Part shown: positions 7,901 through 16,905 of the stretch, piece by piece
Layout of the letters: each line of letters opens with the position of its first letter
Numbering within the stretch: the first letter of the stretch is position 1
Origin: a virus
Lineage: Duplodnaviria; Caudoviricetes
DNA: 64,000 bases
Virus record (IMG/VR): IMGVR_UViG_3300037762_000184
Coordinates: 1-64,000 of that record
Reading direction: 5' to 3' (one strand)
Position numbers and translations under genes: made by a program
The notes under the pieces: generated by a model
Database searches by the model: none
What the model saw: only the letters and a program-made list of their open reading frames with translations
Told to the model about the DNA's origin: nothing

Positions 7901-8840
7901 CGCGGCCTCCCGCCGGGATCGCGTCGAGGGAGAGCTGGCCGGCGGCCTCGACGGCAGGGAACTGCTTGATCCACAGCCGGTCAGGAATGCGGCCTTGCGT
8001 CCCTGGTCGCGGCCCGGAGTCCTGTTTCACAAAGAGCGCGACGCCGGCCTCCGCGCACTGCTCGGCCGTCGACTCGACCCATGCGATCTCCATCGGCCGG
8101 TGAGCGCGGCCGGACTCGCCGCCAACGATGATCCAGTCGAGGCCCGGCGTTAAAGGCCCCCTTCCGCCGTGTGGCCTGAGCGGACCAAACGCGCCCACCG
8201 GAACCTCCCCGAATGCCACTGGGCCTAGGGCCGGCTCGTAACTGACGAACCGCACCGCCGCCGGGCACTGGAGCAGCAGCGGGATGCGCTCTTCGGCCGT
8301 TGCCTGGTTCTCGACGGAGGTGCCGAGCCAGACGTTTTTGAGCGGCCACTCGGCGACGGGCTGCAACAGGGTGCCGAGCTGAGTAGCGCCGTAGTCCGCG
8401 CAGAGCTGTGGTTCCCGCCGGTTGGTCCGCCCCCTCTGCTCGACCAGCCACTCGAAAAACTCCACCGCCCTCTCCGGCCTTTTCGTGAGAATCTGGAAGA
8501 CGTGTTGTGGGCTCGCCGTCATCACTCCGAAGACGGCAGCGATGTCGCCGAACGACAGCCGCTCATGGAAGAGATCCGACATGCTGTTGACGAAGACCAT
8601 CCGCGAACGCTTCCACTTGAGCGGGTCGCCAAGGTGCTCGGGAACCATCCGCACCACGCCCGTCCACCGCGCCTCCCCGCCCACCCTCTTGGCGAGCCCT
8701 TCGTACGGCTGGCCGGGGCCGGAGAAGCGGGCCGCGACGCTCTCGGCGTAGCAGTGACGGCACCCCTCCGAAACTCGCGAGCAGCCCCGCACCGGATTCC
8801 ACGTTGCGTCCGTCCAACCGATGCCGGTCCTGTCGCCCAT
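7893..8840 (-). CDS. DUF5131 (phage Gp37/Gp68) family protein
   Basis: IGWTDATWNPVRGCSRVSEGCRHCYAE, FVNSMSDLFHE, FQILTKRP, DWIIVGGESG. Confidence 0.92.
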   Translation of the reverse strand: MGDRTGIGWTDATWNPVRGCSRVSEGCRHCYAESVAARFSGPGQPYEGLAKRVGGEARWTGVVRMVPEHLGDPLKWKRSRMVFVNSMSDLFHERLSFGDIAAVFGVMTASPQHVFQILTKRPERAVEFFEWLVEQRGRTNRREPQLCADYGATQLGTLLQPVAEWPLKNVWLGTSVENQATAEERIPLLLQCPAAVRFVSYEPALGPVAFGEVPVGAFGPLRPHGGRGPLTPGLDWIIVGGESGRAHRPMEIAWVESTAEQCAEAGVALFVKQDSGPRPGTQGRIPDRLWIKQFPAVEAAGQLSLDAIPAGGRDA

Positions 8841-9275
8841 CTAGTCGCCTCCCTCCTCGGCGGCTCCCGCCGCCCTCATTGCCAGCGCCGCCCGGATGGT
8901 CTCCGTGGCCTTCCCGGTGGCGATGTGCTTCGCGTTGAAGCGTAAGTAAAGCCATTCGGCCAACACCAGCGCGTTGTGCTTGTCGAAGTCGCGAGCGAAC
9001 CGCCCTTTAGTCCGGTGGACCGAGCCATCCACCTCAACGGCCAAGCGTTCGCGGGGCCACGCAAAATCCAGCCTCCAGCGCCGGCCGTGCGGGCTGAATT
9101 CGTACTCAGTCCGCCACCCCGTGATGCCGGCCTCCTCCAGCCGCAGCTCAAGCTCGGCCTCGGCGACGCTGCGGGTGCGTGGCCTCTTCGACGGTGGCGG
9201 CGATTGAGGAGCCAGTGCTCCGCCCTTCGCGGCCACCAGGCGGTCGTACTCCTCTCGGCTTATGCGCAGGCCCAT
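8841..9275 (-). CDS. DUF559/Vsr-like endonuclease
   Basis: RRWRLDFAWPRERLAVEVDGSVH...D..KHN..L..W..LRF. Confidence 0.85.
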   Translation of the reverse strand: MGLRISREEYDRLVAAKGGALAPQSPPPSKRPRTRSVAEAELELRLEEAGITGWRTEYEFSPHGRRWRLDFAWPRERLAVEVDGSVHRTKGRFARDFDKHNALVLAEWLYLRFNAKHIATGKATETIRAALAMRAAGAAEEGGD

Positions 9276-9550
9276 CAGTCCGCCACCTCCAGCCACCCAG
9301 CCCGCGGCCGGTAGTACCTCGGCCCTCGACGCCGTGGCTCGCCGTTGATGGTGTCCACCTCGACGACTAGAGCGACGGCGGCCATGTTGCCGCGCTCGTC
9401 CCTCGGCCAGCTCGTGGCGCGCTTGAACGCACAGAACGCGGATCGGGCCACCGGAAGGCCGAGCGGGGATACGACGCCTTCGCGTGTCTTCCCTCGGCTG
9501 GTCCACCGGACGCGGGTCCCGGCGGGTGGGTACTGGTGGTGGTCAGTCAT
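9275..9550 (-). CDS. hypothetical protein
   Basis: GGAGG SD, coupled overlaps. Confidence 0.6.
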   Translation of the reverse strand: MTDHHQYPPAGTRVRWTSRGKTREGVVSPLGLPVARSAFCAFKRATSWPRDERGNMAAVALVVEVDTINGEPRRRGPRYYRPRAGWLEVAD

Positions 9551-9782
9551 GGGGCACCTCCTCTGGCTCACGCCTTCGCAGGATCGCGTGTCCCTCCGGC
9601 CCGCCCACCATGTAGTGCCCCAGCGGCGGATGGTTATGGATCACGACTTTCGTGGGGTCGGCCACGGCGCCGAACAGGGACCGAAAGCCCCATGTCCCGA
9701 GCGACCATCCGAAGCTCAGCAGGGCGCCGCCGAGGATGAAGACGACAGAGCCAGCAAGCCCAACCAGGAAGATGTCAGCCAC
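9543..9782 (-). CDS. small membrane protein
   Basis: N-terminal hydrophobic segment(s). Confidence 0.6.
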   Translation of the reverse strand: MADIFLVGLAGSVVFILGGALLSFGWSLGTWGFRSLFGAVADPTKVVIHNHPPLGHYMVGGPEGHAILRRREPEEVPHD

Positions 9783-9978
9783 GGGGCGCCTCCTTGCCGA
9801 GGTAGGCGGCGACAGCCTTGAACAGCTCCACGTCAGACTCCACGGCGGCCGTCCGCGCGCGCGCCTCCAGGCCGCTACCCGGCCGCCGCTCGCTGACCAT
9901 CACCAGCCGCTCGCGGGCGCCGTACCAGGCGACGGCTATTGCGGCCAGCAGCTCGACATTCCTCCTCGTCTCAGCCAC
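9775..9978 (-). CDS. hypothetical protein flanked by 19-bp direct repeats
   Basis: GTG 9978 within junction repeat. Confidence 0.55.
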   Translation of the reverse strand: MAETRRNVELLAAIAVAWYGARERLVMVSERRPGSGLEARARTAAVESDVELFKAVAAYLGKEAPRG

Positions 9979-10129
9979 GGGGCGCCTCCCCCTCTGCTGC
10001 GGCGACGTTGAACGCCTTCCCGTCGACAGTGATCGGTCGGCAGGCCGCCTTGATGTTGCGCACCAGCATGTCGTGGCGGCGCCCGACGTAGAACAGTGCC
10101 ATCGCCAGCTCCTCTCGTTGGTCAAACAT
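9971..10129 (-). CDS. hypothetical protein
   Basis: ATG 10129, coupled overlaps. Confidence 0.5.
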   Translation of the reverse strand: MFDQREELAMALFYVGRRHDMLVRNIKAACRPITVDGKAFNVAAAEGEAPRG

Positions 10130-10349
10130 CGTTAGCCCTCGCCCTCGCCAGCCGGGCCTTGTGCTCCGGGCAGAGCTTCCGTTCCCTACATCCGCAGCCG
10201 GCTTGCGGGGCGCGCTGCCTTTCCGGCTTCGGCGGTGCTGGCGGCGGAGGCTCCGGCCGCTGACAGCCAATCGCGTCGAGCGCCTGGTCGAGCGGGAGCT
10301 CCAACTGCCAGGCGCCACGCGCTCGCTGGCTGAGGGGTTCGGCGGTCAC
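10122..10349 (-). CDS. hypothetical protein
   Basis: GTG overlapping HNH stop; CGC...C...H tail. Confidence 0.5.
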   Translation of the reverse strand: MTAEPLSQRARGAWQLELPLDQALDAIGCQRPEPPPPAPPKPERQRAPQAGCGCRERKLCPEHKARLARARANDV

Positions 10350-10834
10350 GCTGCGCCTCGCGCCAAGTCGCGCCCAGGATGCACGCGTTGATGGCAGTCT
10401 CGGCACAAGCCGACAAGCTGAAACAGCAACTCGTCACCCAGGTTGTTGTACGTCAGGTGATGAACGTGCTCTACCTCAGCCTCCGCGCAGCCTTCACAAC
10501 GCCCGCCGCATCGGCGGATCACGGCTCTTCGGAGCCCGCGCCACTTCGCTGACTTGATGTGCTCGTCGTAGAACGCCCACCACTCCGCGTCTTTCTTTTC
10601 GGCCTGCTCGACGCGAGCTGCAGTCTTTTTCTCATGCGCGCGGCGCTCTCGCTCCCAATAGACGTTTTTTAGTTCTTCGTCCCACTCTTCAAGCTGTTCC
10701 AAAAGGCCCGCAGACTGTTTCATCGCCGGGCCAAGGCTCGCCCCGCATGTCAAACACTGTTCGCTTACCTGAATCCCGCCGCCGCGAATCCAGCGCTTGC
10801 GAACCTCAGACGTGGCGTGCTCGCAACCGTTCAA
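10346..10834 (-). CDS. HNH endonuclease
   Basis: CEGC...EHVHHLTY...LVGLCRDCHQRVH plus N-terminal Zn motif. Confidence 0.9.
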   Translation of the reverse strand: MNGCEHATSEVRKRWIRGGGIQVSEQCLTCGASLGPAMKQSAGLLEQLEEWDEELKNVYWERERRAHEKKTAARVEQAEKKDAEWWAFYDEHIKSAKWRGLRRAVIRRCGGRCEGCAEAEVEHVHHLTYNNLGDELLFQLVGLCRDCHQRVHPGRDLARGAA

Positions 10835-12339
10835 TTCGTCACCTCGCTATCGTGGCGGGATAGCCCAGAAGGGCAATGCTCGAAACGCCAGGTTAGCGAA
10901 GTAGCATCCCATATAAGCGGTTCTTTGAGTTCCGCCACGCTACGGCCGGTTACGAAAAGTTCTCCGGTAGACTTACCTCGCTCGCGAGACAGCATCCAAA
11001 CGGCATCGGGAACGCCGGTCATTGCGGCCGTCCCGCTCGTCGTGTTCAGTTGGTCGCTGTGCGTGCCGCGGTTCGTATGGTGAACGAGCACCAGCGCGAT
11101 TCCCCACCGTTTTGCAACGGCCTTGAGGCGGGTGAGAATCTCGTACTCCTGATGGTAAGCGTTCACACCGCGCCGAGTTTCCATCGGCCAGATCAGGCTG
11201 AGGACATCGACGACAACCACGCCGACAGTTGGCTCTTCCGAAAGGTAGGCTTCCAGCCTTCTCACACATCCGTCGCCCAACCGTGGCCACTCGAAGCATA
11301 GATGGAGGTTGGACGGGGGGGATGGACCAACGATCTTACGCCATCGCTCCTGCGCCGGACCTTCGCTCTGCTCAAGGTCGAGATACAGCACGTCCGCGCG
11401 GTGCGCTCGCAAGAAGCCCAGCACTGCGCCGCCAACCGCAACCGCATAGGCTACATTACCCACGAGGACCGATTTGCCAACCTTTCCTGGTGACACCACC
11501 AGCGTCAGCCCTTCCGGTAAAATGCCTTGCACAAACCAGCGGGGCGGAGGAAAGTCGGCTCGCATGAATTCGTCAGCCGTCCAGTGCTTTGCCTCTTCCT
11601 TCCGCCGCTCGTCTCGCTCCGATTTGTATTTCCAGGCCGAAGCCACCTTTTCGATAGCCTTCGCCTTCGGGAACGGGGGAGAAGAATTCGCGGCGGCATG
11701 GAGCACTAGCGCCTCCGCCTCCTCTCTCCCAATGCCACGGTGCCGTAGCGAGCAGGCGTAGCGGAAGAGAGTCACGTCGCGGGCGCCTTGGTCGATACCG
11801 GCGAGGACTGACTCGGCGCGTACGGGCTCCGCCTTCTCCTCGCTGGCCTTCGCCCCGAGCTGTGCTAGCCAATCCGGGCGGGGGGCGAAGCTACCGGCCT
11901 TCGGCGGCACCAGCCATGAGTACCGGACCCCGCTCGGGTGAATGGACGGCGGAGCGACGACGTAGCCGCCCATCGCCCGAATGTCGACTCCCTCGAAGAT
12001 TCCGACCTTCGGCCGGAACTCCGAAGGCGCGCAGCGATACCAGAAGTGGTAGCCGCGGGCCGTCTTCGCCCGCACGGTCGCCGGCAGGGTGACGTCCTGG
12101 GCGCTTAAGACTTGTAGTGCTTGCTCGTCGTCAACGTCGACGACCACGTAGTCACCCGGGACGGCGAGCCCGATGTTGAGGTTCGGATTCTTCGCCCACG
12201 CTGCCCGGACAACGGCGGGGTCAGTCGTCGCGTCCTTCAAGCCCTGCGTGTTCTTGAGCGGGATCTTGGAGCGCTCCGCTAGCGGGAACACCGGGAAGCC
12301 GCGCTCGGCGTAGCGCAACGCCCATTCGACCAGCTTCAT
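10831..12339 (-). CDS. bifunctional primase-polymerase (Prim-Pol) with PriCT and AAA_25/SF4-like helicase domains
   Basis: GFPVFPL...NIGLAVPG..VVVDVD, TARGYHFWY, GYVVAPPS.HPSG..Y; Walker A SPGKVGKS, Walker B VVVVD, LVHH. Confidence 0.92.
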   Translation of the reverse strand: MKLVEWALRYAERGFPVFPLAERSKIPLKNTQGLKDATTDPAVVRAAWAKNPNLNIGLAVPGDYVVVDVDDEQALQVLSAQDVTLPATVRAKTARGYHFWYRCAPSEFRPKVGIFEGVDIRAMGGYVVAPPSIHPSGVRYSWLVPPKAGSFAPRPDWLAQLGAKASEEKAEPVRAESVLAGIDQGARDVTLFRYACSLRHRGIGREEAEALVLHAAANSSPPFPKAKAIEKVASAWKYKSERDERRKEEAKHWTADEFMRADFPPPRWFVQGILPEGLTLVVSPGKVGKSVLVGNVAYAVAVGGAVLGFLRAHRADVLYLDLEQSEGPAQERWRKIVGPSPPSNLHLCFEWPRLGDGCVRRLEAYLSEEPTVGVVVVDVLSLIWPMETRRGVNAYHQEYEILTRLKAVAKRWGIALVLVHHTNRGTHSDQLNTTSGTAAMTGVPDAVWMLSRERGKSTGELFVTGRSVAELKEPLIWDATSLTWRFEHCPSGLSRHDSEVTN

Positions 12340-13019
12340 GACAGGCGCTCATCCATGTCGCGCTTGAGCCCGGCGAAGATGCCCCACTCGGTTTCCCCGC
12401 GGCGGGTTGCGGCCTTCACGTGGCGGTCAGGGAAGATGCCTCGCCACCCTCCCATGGTTGCATCGTCGATCGTTTTTAGCACCGGGTCGGGTCCGTACTC
12501 CTCGCAAATCGCGGCAAGGCGGGCCACCTGTTTTTCTTCCGCGCTGACCGAGGGCTTCGGTTTGGCACACCGCATTCGCTCTCGCCATCGGTCCTCGATG
12601 TCGGGCACCGTTGCTCGGAGGAAGGCGGGGAAGACGGGCAGCGCCCGATCTTGCCGCTTGTCGCCGCGTCGGGGGGCTTTGGGGGGTTCTTTTGGGGTAG
12701 CGGTGGGAACAGCCATAGACCCTGAACTACCACCCCCCCTATAGCCCCCCCCTTTGGGGTCCCCTGGTACTCCCTCGGTACTCCCTCGGGGTCCCTGGGG
12801 GTCCCTGGGGGTCCCTGGTCTATCTGTTGGCGCGGTACGTCCGTGGGGGTCCCCTGGGGTCCCCTGGGGTCCCTCGGCGTCCTCGGCCTCCACCACCGGG
12901 AACGCCCTGCGGACGATCTCTGCGAACGAGAGTCCGGCCGCTCTCGCCTGGGCTTTGAGTTGCCGGTGAAGCGGAGCCGGCCAGCCCACGGTTTCCTTGA
13001 TCATCTTCTCTCGCGCCAC
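12336..13019 (-). CDS. putative replication initiator (RHH-like N-terminus, repetitive linker, phage Rep-like C-terminus)
   Basis: adjacent to primase-helicase; PQGTPGDP repeats; C-terminal IDDATMGGWRGIFP. Confidence 0.6.
   Translation of the reverse strand: MAREKMIKETVGWPAPLHRQLKAQARAAGLSFAEIVRRAFPVVEAEDAEGPQGTPGDPHGRTAPTDRPGTPRDPQGPRGSTEGVPGDPKGGGYRGGGSSGSMAVPTATPKEPPKAPRRGDKRQDRALPVFPAFLRATVPDIEDRWRERMRCAKPKPSVSAEEKQVARLAAICEEYGPDPVLKTIDDATMGGWRGIFPDRHVKAATRRGETEWGIFAGLKRDMDERLS
12756..12873. repeat. iteron-like GGGGTCCC(C)TG repeats
   Basis: about 7 copies in two clusters inside the Rep-like gene, next to C-tracts at 12733-12752. Confidence 0.7.
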
Positions 13020-13022
13020 CCG

Positions 13023-13334
13023 TCAGCCCCTCCGCCCCATCGCCAGCACCTTCGCCCGCGGGGTTGACACGGGCTTCGGTTGCCGTCGCGCCCACGCCCG
13101 GCAGCGAGGACGGCCACAGGTTGGATGCCCGGGAGCCTTTGGTAGCCCGCATGCCCGCCGTGCCTTTCCGCGCCCTCGCCTGGCGGGGCAGGTGCGGCCG
13201 GCCAGTCCCTCGACCTGCGCGGCGATTGTCGGATCGGCCGGGAGACGCAGCGTGTCGTCCTCCAGCGGCTCGCGTCGCGGGTCCGGCAGCGAGTAGGGGT
13301 TGCCCCTGCCGAGCAGTGTGTCGAGCCACCTCAT
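13023..13334 (-). CDS. hypothetical protein
   Basis: ATG overlapping upstream stop. Confidence 0.45.
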   Translation of the reverse strand: MRWLDTLLGRGNPYSLPDPRREPLEDDTLRLPADPTIAAQVEGLAGRTCPARRGRGKARRACGLPKAPGHPTCGRPRCRAWARRQPKPVSTPRAKVLAMGRRG

Positions 13335-13555
13335 GGGATCGCCTCGCTCTCGAAGCTGACGCATCCGGGGCGCCGGCAGTGGCGTTTGCGGAGGCGGCTG
13401 TACCAGCTCTCGTGACCGGCGTACCACTCACTCCAGTCGTGGAGGCCGAGGGCGCACAGGGCGCGCCCCCGCACCTTCCGCAGCCAGCGGTAGAGGAGCA
13501 CGCAGACGACGATGCCCGTGACGGCGCCGGAGAAGTAAGCGAAGTCGAATGTCAT
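13331..13555 (-). CDS. small membrane protein with Cys/His tail
   Basis: TM segment then CALGLHDW...C...C. Confidence 0.65.
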   Translation of the reverse strand: MTFDFAYFSGAVTGIVVCVLLYRWLRKVRGRALCALGLHDWSEWYAGHESWYSRLRKRHCRRPGCVSFESEAIP

Positions 13556-13695
13556 GGGCCGATGCTCCAGTCGTTCGGCAGCACGCTCTTGCGCTCGTCG
13601 TCATCCGCCTTGCCGGCCATCCGGACGGCGGCGACACAGACGGCGACAGTGCCGAGGATGGCGAGGACGAGGGCGGTGAGGAAGTACCAGGGCAT
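13552..13695 (-). CDS. 47-aa single-TM protein (below ORF-track cutoff)
   Basis: MPWYFLTALVLAILGTVAVCVAAVRMAG...; overlaps both neighbours at start/stop. Confidence 0.6.
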   Translation of the reverse strand: MPWYFLTALVLAILGTVAVCVAAVRMAGKADDDERKSVLPNDWSIGP

Positions 13696-14120
13696 CAGAC
13701 ACGCTCCCCGGCTAGCGCGACCCTTCCGCCTTCGATCAGGGCGGCGATCTCTGGAAAAGGGAGGCCGGCGTCGTTAGCGTCCGCGAGATTGTCCCGAGGC
13801 GCCATCGCAACCTGCACGGAACGCCGCCTAAGATCGCCATCGGCAGAGGCCAGGCCCAACGCCTTCTGAACGATGGCCGGCAACGCTGACACGTCGCGGT
13901 CCGGTCCGTATTCGATCTCGCCGAAAGCGTTGATCCTGCGACTCAGGCGCCCGCCCAGTTGGCGAAATAGGTCGCATGCCACGCCGAGGCAGCAGAACTC
14001 TCCATGAGTTTCAAGCGCCCTCTCACCCTGCACGTACTCCCCGCTCCGCAACGCCTCGACCCACTTGGCGCGGAACTCGGCGGGCGTGAGGGTGAAGCGC
14101 TTCCTCTTCGTCTGTGGCAT
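13695..14120 (-). CDS. conserved-type phage hypothetical protein
   Basis: KWVEALRSGEYVQG...FCCLGVACDL motif. Confidence 0.8.
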   Translation of the reverse strand: MPQTKRKRFTLTPAEFRAKWVEALRSGEYVQGERALETHGEFCCLGVACDLFRQLGGRLSRRINAFGEIEYGPDRDVSALPAIVQKALGLASADGDLRRRSVQVAMAPRDNLADANDAGLPFPEIAALIEGGRVALAGERV

Positions 14121-14290
14121 CAGTGGACCACCTCCTGCCGCTCGTCGCGGCTGTCGAGGCCGAGGACGCGGGCTAGCGACGCAGCGGCGATCTCGTCGGC
14201 GTGTTCCCGGTCGTAGCGGCCTCTGAGGCGCCAGCCGGCATGGAGTCCGAGGTAGAGGCCGAGGGCGAGCGTGGCGAGGTGCCAGAGCAT
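14120..14290 (-). CDS. small membrane protein
   Basis: hydrophobic N-terminus, coupled overlaps. Confidence 0.55.
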   Translation of the reverse strand: MLWHLATLALGLYLGLHAGWRLRGRYDREHADEIAAASLARVLGLDSRDERQEVVH

Positions 14291-14604
14291 CAGGACGCCC
14301 TCCCCGCCTTGGTGAGGCGGACGGTGACGCCGAGCGGGGCGTTTTGGTTGAACCACTCCGCAACGAAGTCCGGTGCGCACCTGAGATCGTCAAGGTCGCG
14401 GCAGCACCGCTCGGCGGTCCTGTAGACATCATTGGCGTGCGCGCTGTAGCCCCAGACGCGCATAACGACTGGTCCGGTCTTCTTGCCGTCCTCGTCTCGC
14501 GGCCACACACCCACCGAGAACCGCCTCGTCCCCGCCATCGACCCGCTCCCCGGCGCACACTGCCCGCTCCAGCCCCAGCGGCCGAAACCACCGGAGGCGG
14601 TCAT
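14290..14604 (-). CDS. hypothetical protein
   Basis: coupled overlaps; alternative start at 14538. Confidence 0.55.
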   Translation of the reverse strand: MTASGGFGRWGWSGQCAPGSGSMAGTRRFSVGVWPRDEDGKKTGPVVMRVWGYSAHANDVYRTAERCCRDLDDLRCAPDFVAEWFNQNAPLGVTVRLTKAGRAS

Positions 14605-14918
14605 GAGATGGGCTCCTCGGCGGAAACTTCGGGCCAGGCGGCCTCAATCTTTCGTAGTTCAGCCTCAGCACGGGCGAGCTGCGCCCGCAGCGTGACGACT
14701 TCCTCGCGAGCCTTAGCAAGCACGGCCCGTTGGACCGACTCAGGAGTCTCGTGGAAACGCCAAAAGCCGGTGCCGCGGTTGAGGTCATCCTTCCGAACTA
14801 CATCCCTTCCGAAGCCATGCGTGCGCCGGAACGTCTTGGGCGTTTCCTCCCAGCCATCCTCGGCGGCGATCTGCAGGCCGTGACGGTTAGGCCGGTAGCA
14901 ATAGAGCGTCTTGTTCAC
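14601..14918 (-). CDS. hypothetical protein with C-terminal coiled coil
   Basis: GGAGGAAGAG SD, GTG start. Confidence 0.65.
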   Translation of the reverse strand: MNKTLYCYRPNRHGLQIAAEDGWEETPKTFRRTHGFGRDVVRKDDLNRGTGFWRFHETPESVQRAVLAKAREEVVTLRAQLARAEAELRKIEAAWPEVSAEEPIS

Positions 14919-15331
14919 AACTCTTCCTCCTGTTGGAACTCAGGCACCGGCGGCGCCGGCACCAGCAGTGACAGGGTTTCGTGTAGAAGTGAGGCAAGGG
15001 CGGCATGGCCGATTGGCAGCCACGAGTTGCCCTTGTCGTGGATCAGACGGTGGCAGTCAGTGCACGCCGGCACGGTCCATTCGTCGCCGCCTCCGGCCCC
15101 CCGCCTGACGACGTGGTGCGGCGTGCTCGGCGGCGGGTGGCCGCAGAAGGCGCAAGGAAGCTCCCGGCAGACGGCGGCCTGGTCGGCGAACTGAGCCGCC
15201 CTGAGCTTCGCCAGCCGAGCAGCGTTGCGCTTCGCGAGCGGCGTCCTGCGCTCCAAGCGGGTGCGGACCTGTAACGGGCCGCCTCGCTGGAGGGGCTTGC
15301 CGGGGCGCAGGGGGGAGCGCTTCAGCCCCAT
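14915..15331 (-). CDS. HNH-like (Ref/DUF968-type) nuclease
   Basis: CAFCGHPPPSTPHHV...TVPACTDCHRLIH. Confidence 0.75.
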   Translation of the reverse strand: MGLKRSPLRPGKPLQRGGPLQVRTRLERRTPLAKRNAARLAKLRAAQFADQAAVCRELPCAFCGHPPPSTPHHVVRRGAGGGDEWTVPACTDCHRLIHDKGNSWLPIGHAALASLLHETLSLLVPAPPVPEFQQEEEL

Positions 15332-15507
15332 GAGTGGCATCCGCCTCCCCCCGCGCAGCCCCGCTGCTCGAAGAAATAGATCAGCTCGCCGCGCTTCGGC
15401 TTCGGTCCGTACACACGCTCTCGGTAGGTCTCGCTGGCGCCGCAGACGGGGCACTCGACGACGGTGATGCGATACCAGTGCGGTGGAAGCTTCCTCTTCG
15501 TCGTCAC
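15322..15507 (-). CDS. small zinc-ribbon protein
   Basis: VECPVCG...GC...C. Confidence 0.55.
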   Translation of the reverse strand: MTTKRKLPPHWYRITVVECPVCGASETYRERVYGPKPKRGELIYFFEQRGCAGGGGCHSWG

Positions 15508-15923
15508 GTCGACCTCCCGGCGAGGTCAAGCTCGACTTTCAGCTCGCGGTTGTAGGCGTGGAAGGCGGCGGCGAGGGCCTTGTACTCTGCCTCGACCAGC
15601 GAGCACGCCCTGACCGCCATCTCTTGCGCTGCGTTCATCTCTCGACGGAGGGTGACGCAGGCACCCCATGCCTCTTTGAGGTTGTCGATCTTGGGGTCTG
15701 CGTCGGCTGCCCATTCCTTCTCTTTGGCTGTCTTGTAAGGCGCCTGGAGCTTGAAGTTGCCGGAGCCAAACTTGTACGCCCGTTCCGCCGCCTGTTCGGC
15801 CTCGGAAGCGGCCCTGTACGCCTCCCTGGACTCCGCCTCCCGCCGCATACACTCGTCACGCATCCCGTCGACGCGGGCCTTCTCGCGAAGCAGCTCGCGC
15901 ATGGTCTGCGTCATCTCACGCAT
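15504..15923 (-). CDS. coiled-coil hypothetical protein
   Basis: helical charged ORF, coupled overlaps. Confidence 0.6.
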   Translation of the reverse strand: MREMTQTMRELLREKARVDGMRDECMRREAESREAYRAASEAEQAAERAYKFGSGNFKLQAPYKTAKEKEWAADADPKIDNLKEAWGACVTLRREMNAAQEMAVRACSLVEAEYKALAAAFHAYNRELKVELDLAGRST

Positions 15924-16426
15924 TAGCGCAGCCTCAAGTGTTCGCCGCGCGGAGCGAGGCTCGCGAACGGGACCGGCTCGCCCGCCTCCAGCGCTTCCCG
16001 GATCGCCTCCATGTCGGCCTGTCGCACCGTTCGCACGAAGTCGTCTGGAAGGTCGTCAGGGTGTGTGTCGACGACGATCGGCTGGTTGCCCCCGTTCGCT
16101 GCTCGGGTGAGGCGGAAGCGCTCCGTTTCCAGCTTCTTGACACCGTGGTCGCGGAGGTGGTCGAGTAACATCGCCTTCAGCCGGTCGGCGAGGTTGCCGT
16201 CCGTCCTGGCGAGAGCGAGGAAGCGGTCCGCCTCAGCCTTGCGGGCCGCGACTCGCGATTCGAGCTCGCGGATGAAGCCGCACGTTGCGTCCACCTTGGC
16301 GGAGCGGTCGGCCTCTAGCTGGTCGCGGTACTGGACCAGCAGCTCGGCCGCCTGGTCGTCGTCGCCGATCGCCAGCAGCTCCTCGACTTGGCGAAGGTCG
16401 TGGTCGATCTCGTAGAGGGTCGCCAC
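15923..16426 (-). CDS. siphovirus Gp157-family protein
   Basis: MATLYEI...KVD...IRELE...KKLETERFRLT...D..AIREALEAGE.VP.A.L..RGEHLRLR. Confidence 0.85.
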   Translation of the reverse strand: MATLYEIDHDLRQVEELLAIGDDDQAAELLVQYRDQLEADRSAKVDATCGFIRELESRVAARKAEADRFLALARTDGNLADRLKAMLLDHLRDHGVKKLETERFRLTRAANGGNQPIVVDTHPDDLPDDFVRTVRQADMEAIREALEAGEPVPFASLAPRGEHLRLR

Positions 16427-16428
16427 GG

Positions 16429-16905
16429 TCAGGCTCCCACGCCGAACAGGGCCGCCAAGCCGGAAGCGAGCAGCGGCAGGAAAGCGACGAAGGGAATGTC
16501 GCTGTCATCCTCGCCGCCGTATCCGCCACCGTACGTCCCGCTGGCGCCCTCTTGCGTCTCCGCGCGCTCCCCGGTCGGGTCGCCGAGGAACGTCACGTTG
16601 TCGGCGACGATCTCCGTGCGGTATTTCTTCTCGCCGCTCTGTTTGTCATCCCACGAGCGGGTCTGAATGCGCCCCTCGACGTAGAGCTTGGAGCCCTTGT
16701 GGACGTATTGGCCGACCACCTCGGCGGTCCGGCCAAAGGCGACGATCTGGTGCCACTCGGTCTGTTCCTGCTTCTCCCCGCTCTTGTCCTTCCAGCGGCG
16801 GGAGGTGGCGAGCGAGAAGTTGGCTACCGCGCCGCCGCTCGGGAGGCTGCGCAGCTCTGGATCCCGGCCAACGTGGCCGAGAAGTATCGCTTTGTTCACG
16901 CTCAT
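16429..16905 (-). CDS. ssb: single-stranded DNA-binding protein with hydrophobic extension after the DIPF tip
   Basis: VNKAILLGHVGRDPELR...TEWH...KGSKLYVEGRIQTRSW. Confidence 0.97.
   Translation of the reverse strand: MSVNKAILLGHVGRDPELRSLPSGGAVANFSLATSRRWKDKSGEKQEQTEWHQIVAFGRTAEVVGQYVHKGSKLYVEGRIQTRSWDDKQSGEKKYRTEIVADNVTFLGDPTGERAETQEGASGTYGGGYGGEDDSDIPFVAFLPLLASGLAALFGVGA

Noticed and set aside
137-7911. Terminal repeat or duplication suggested by similar sequence at 141 and 7893
   Set aside because: Similarity is limited to about 19 bp of gene junction; the flanks are unrelated.
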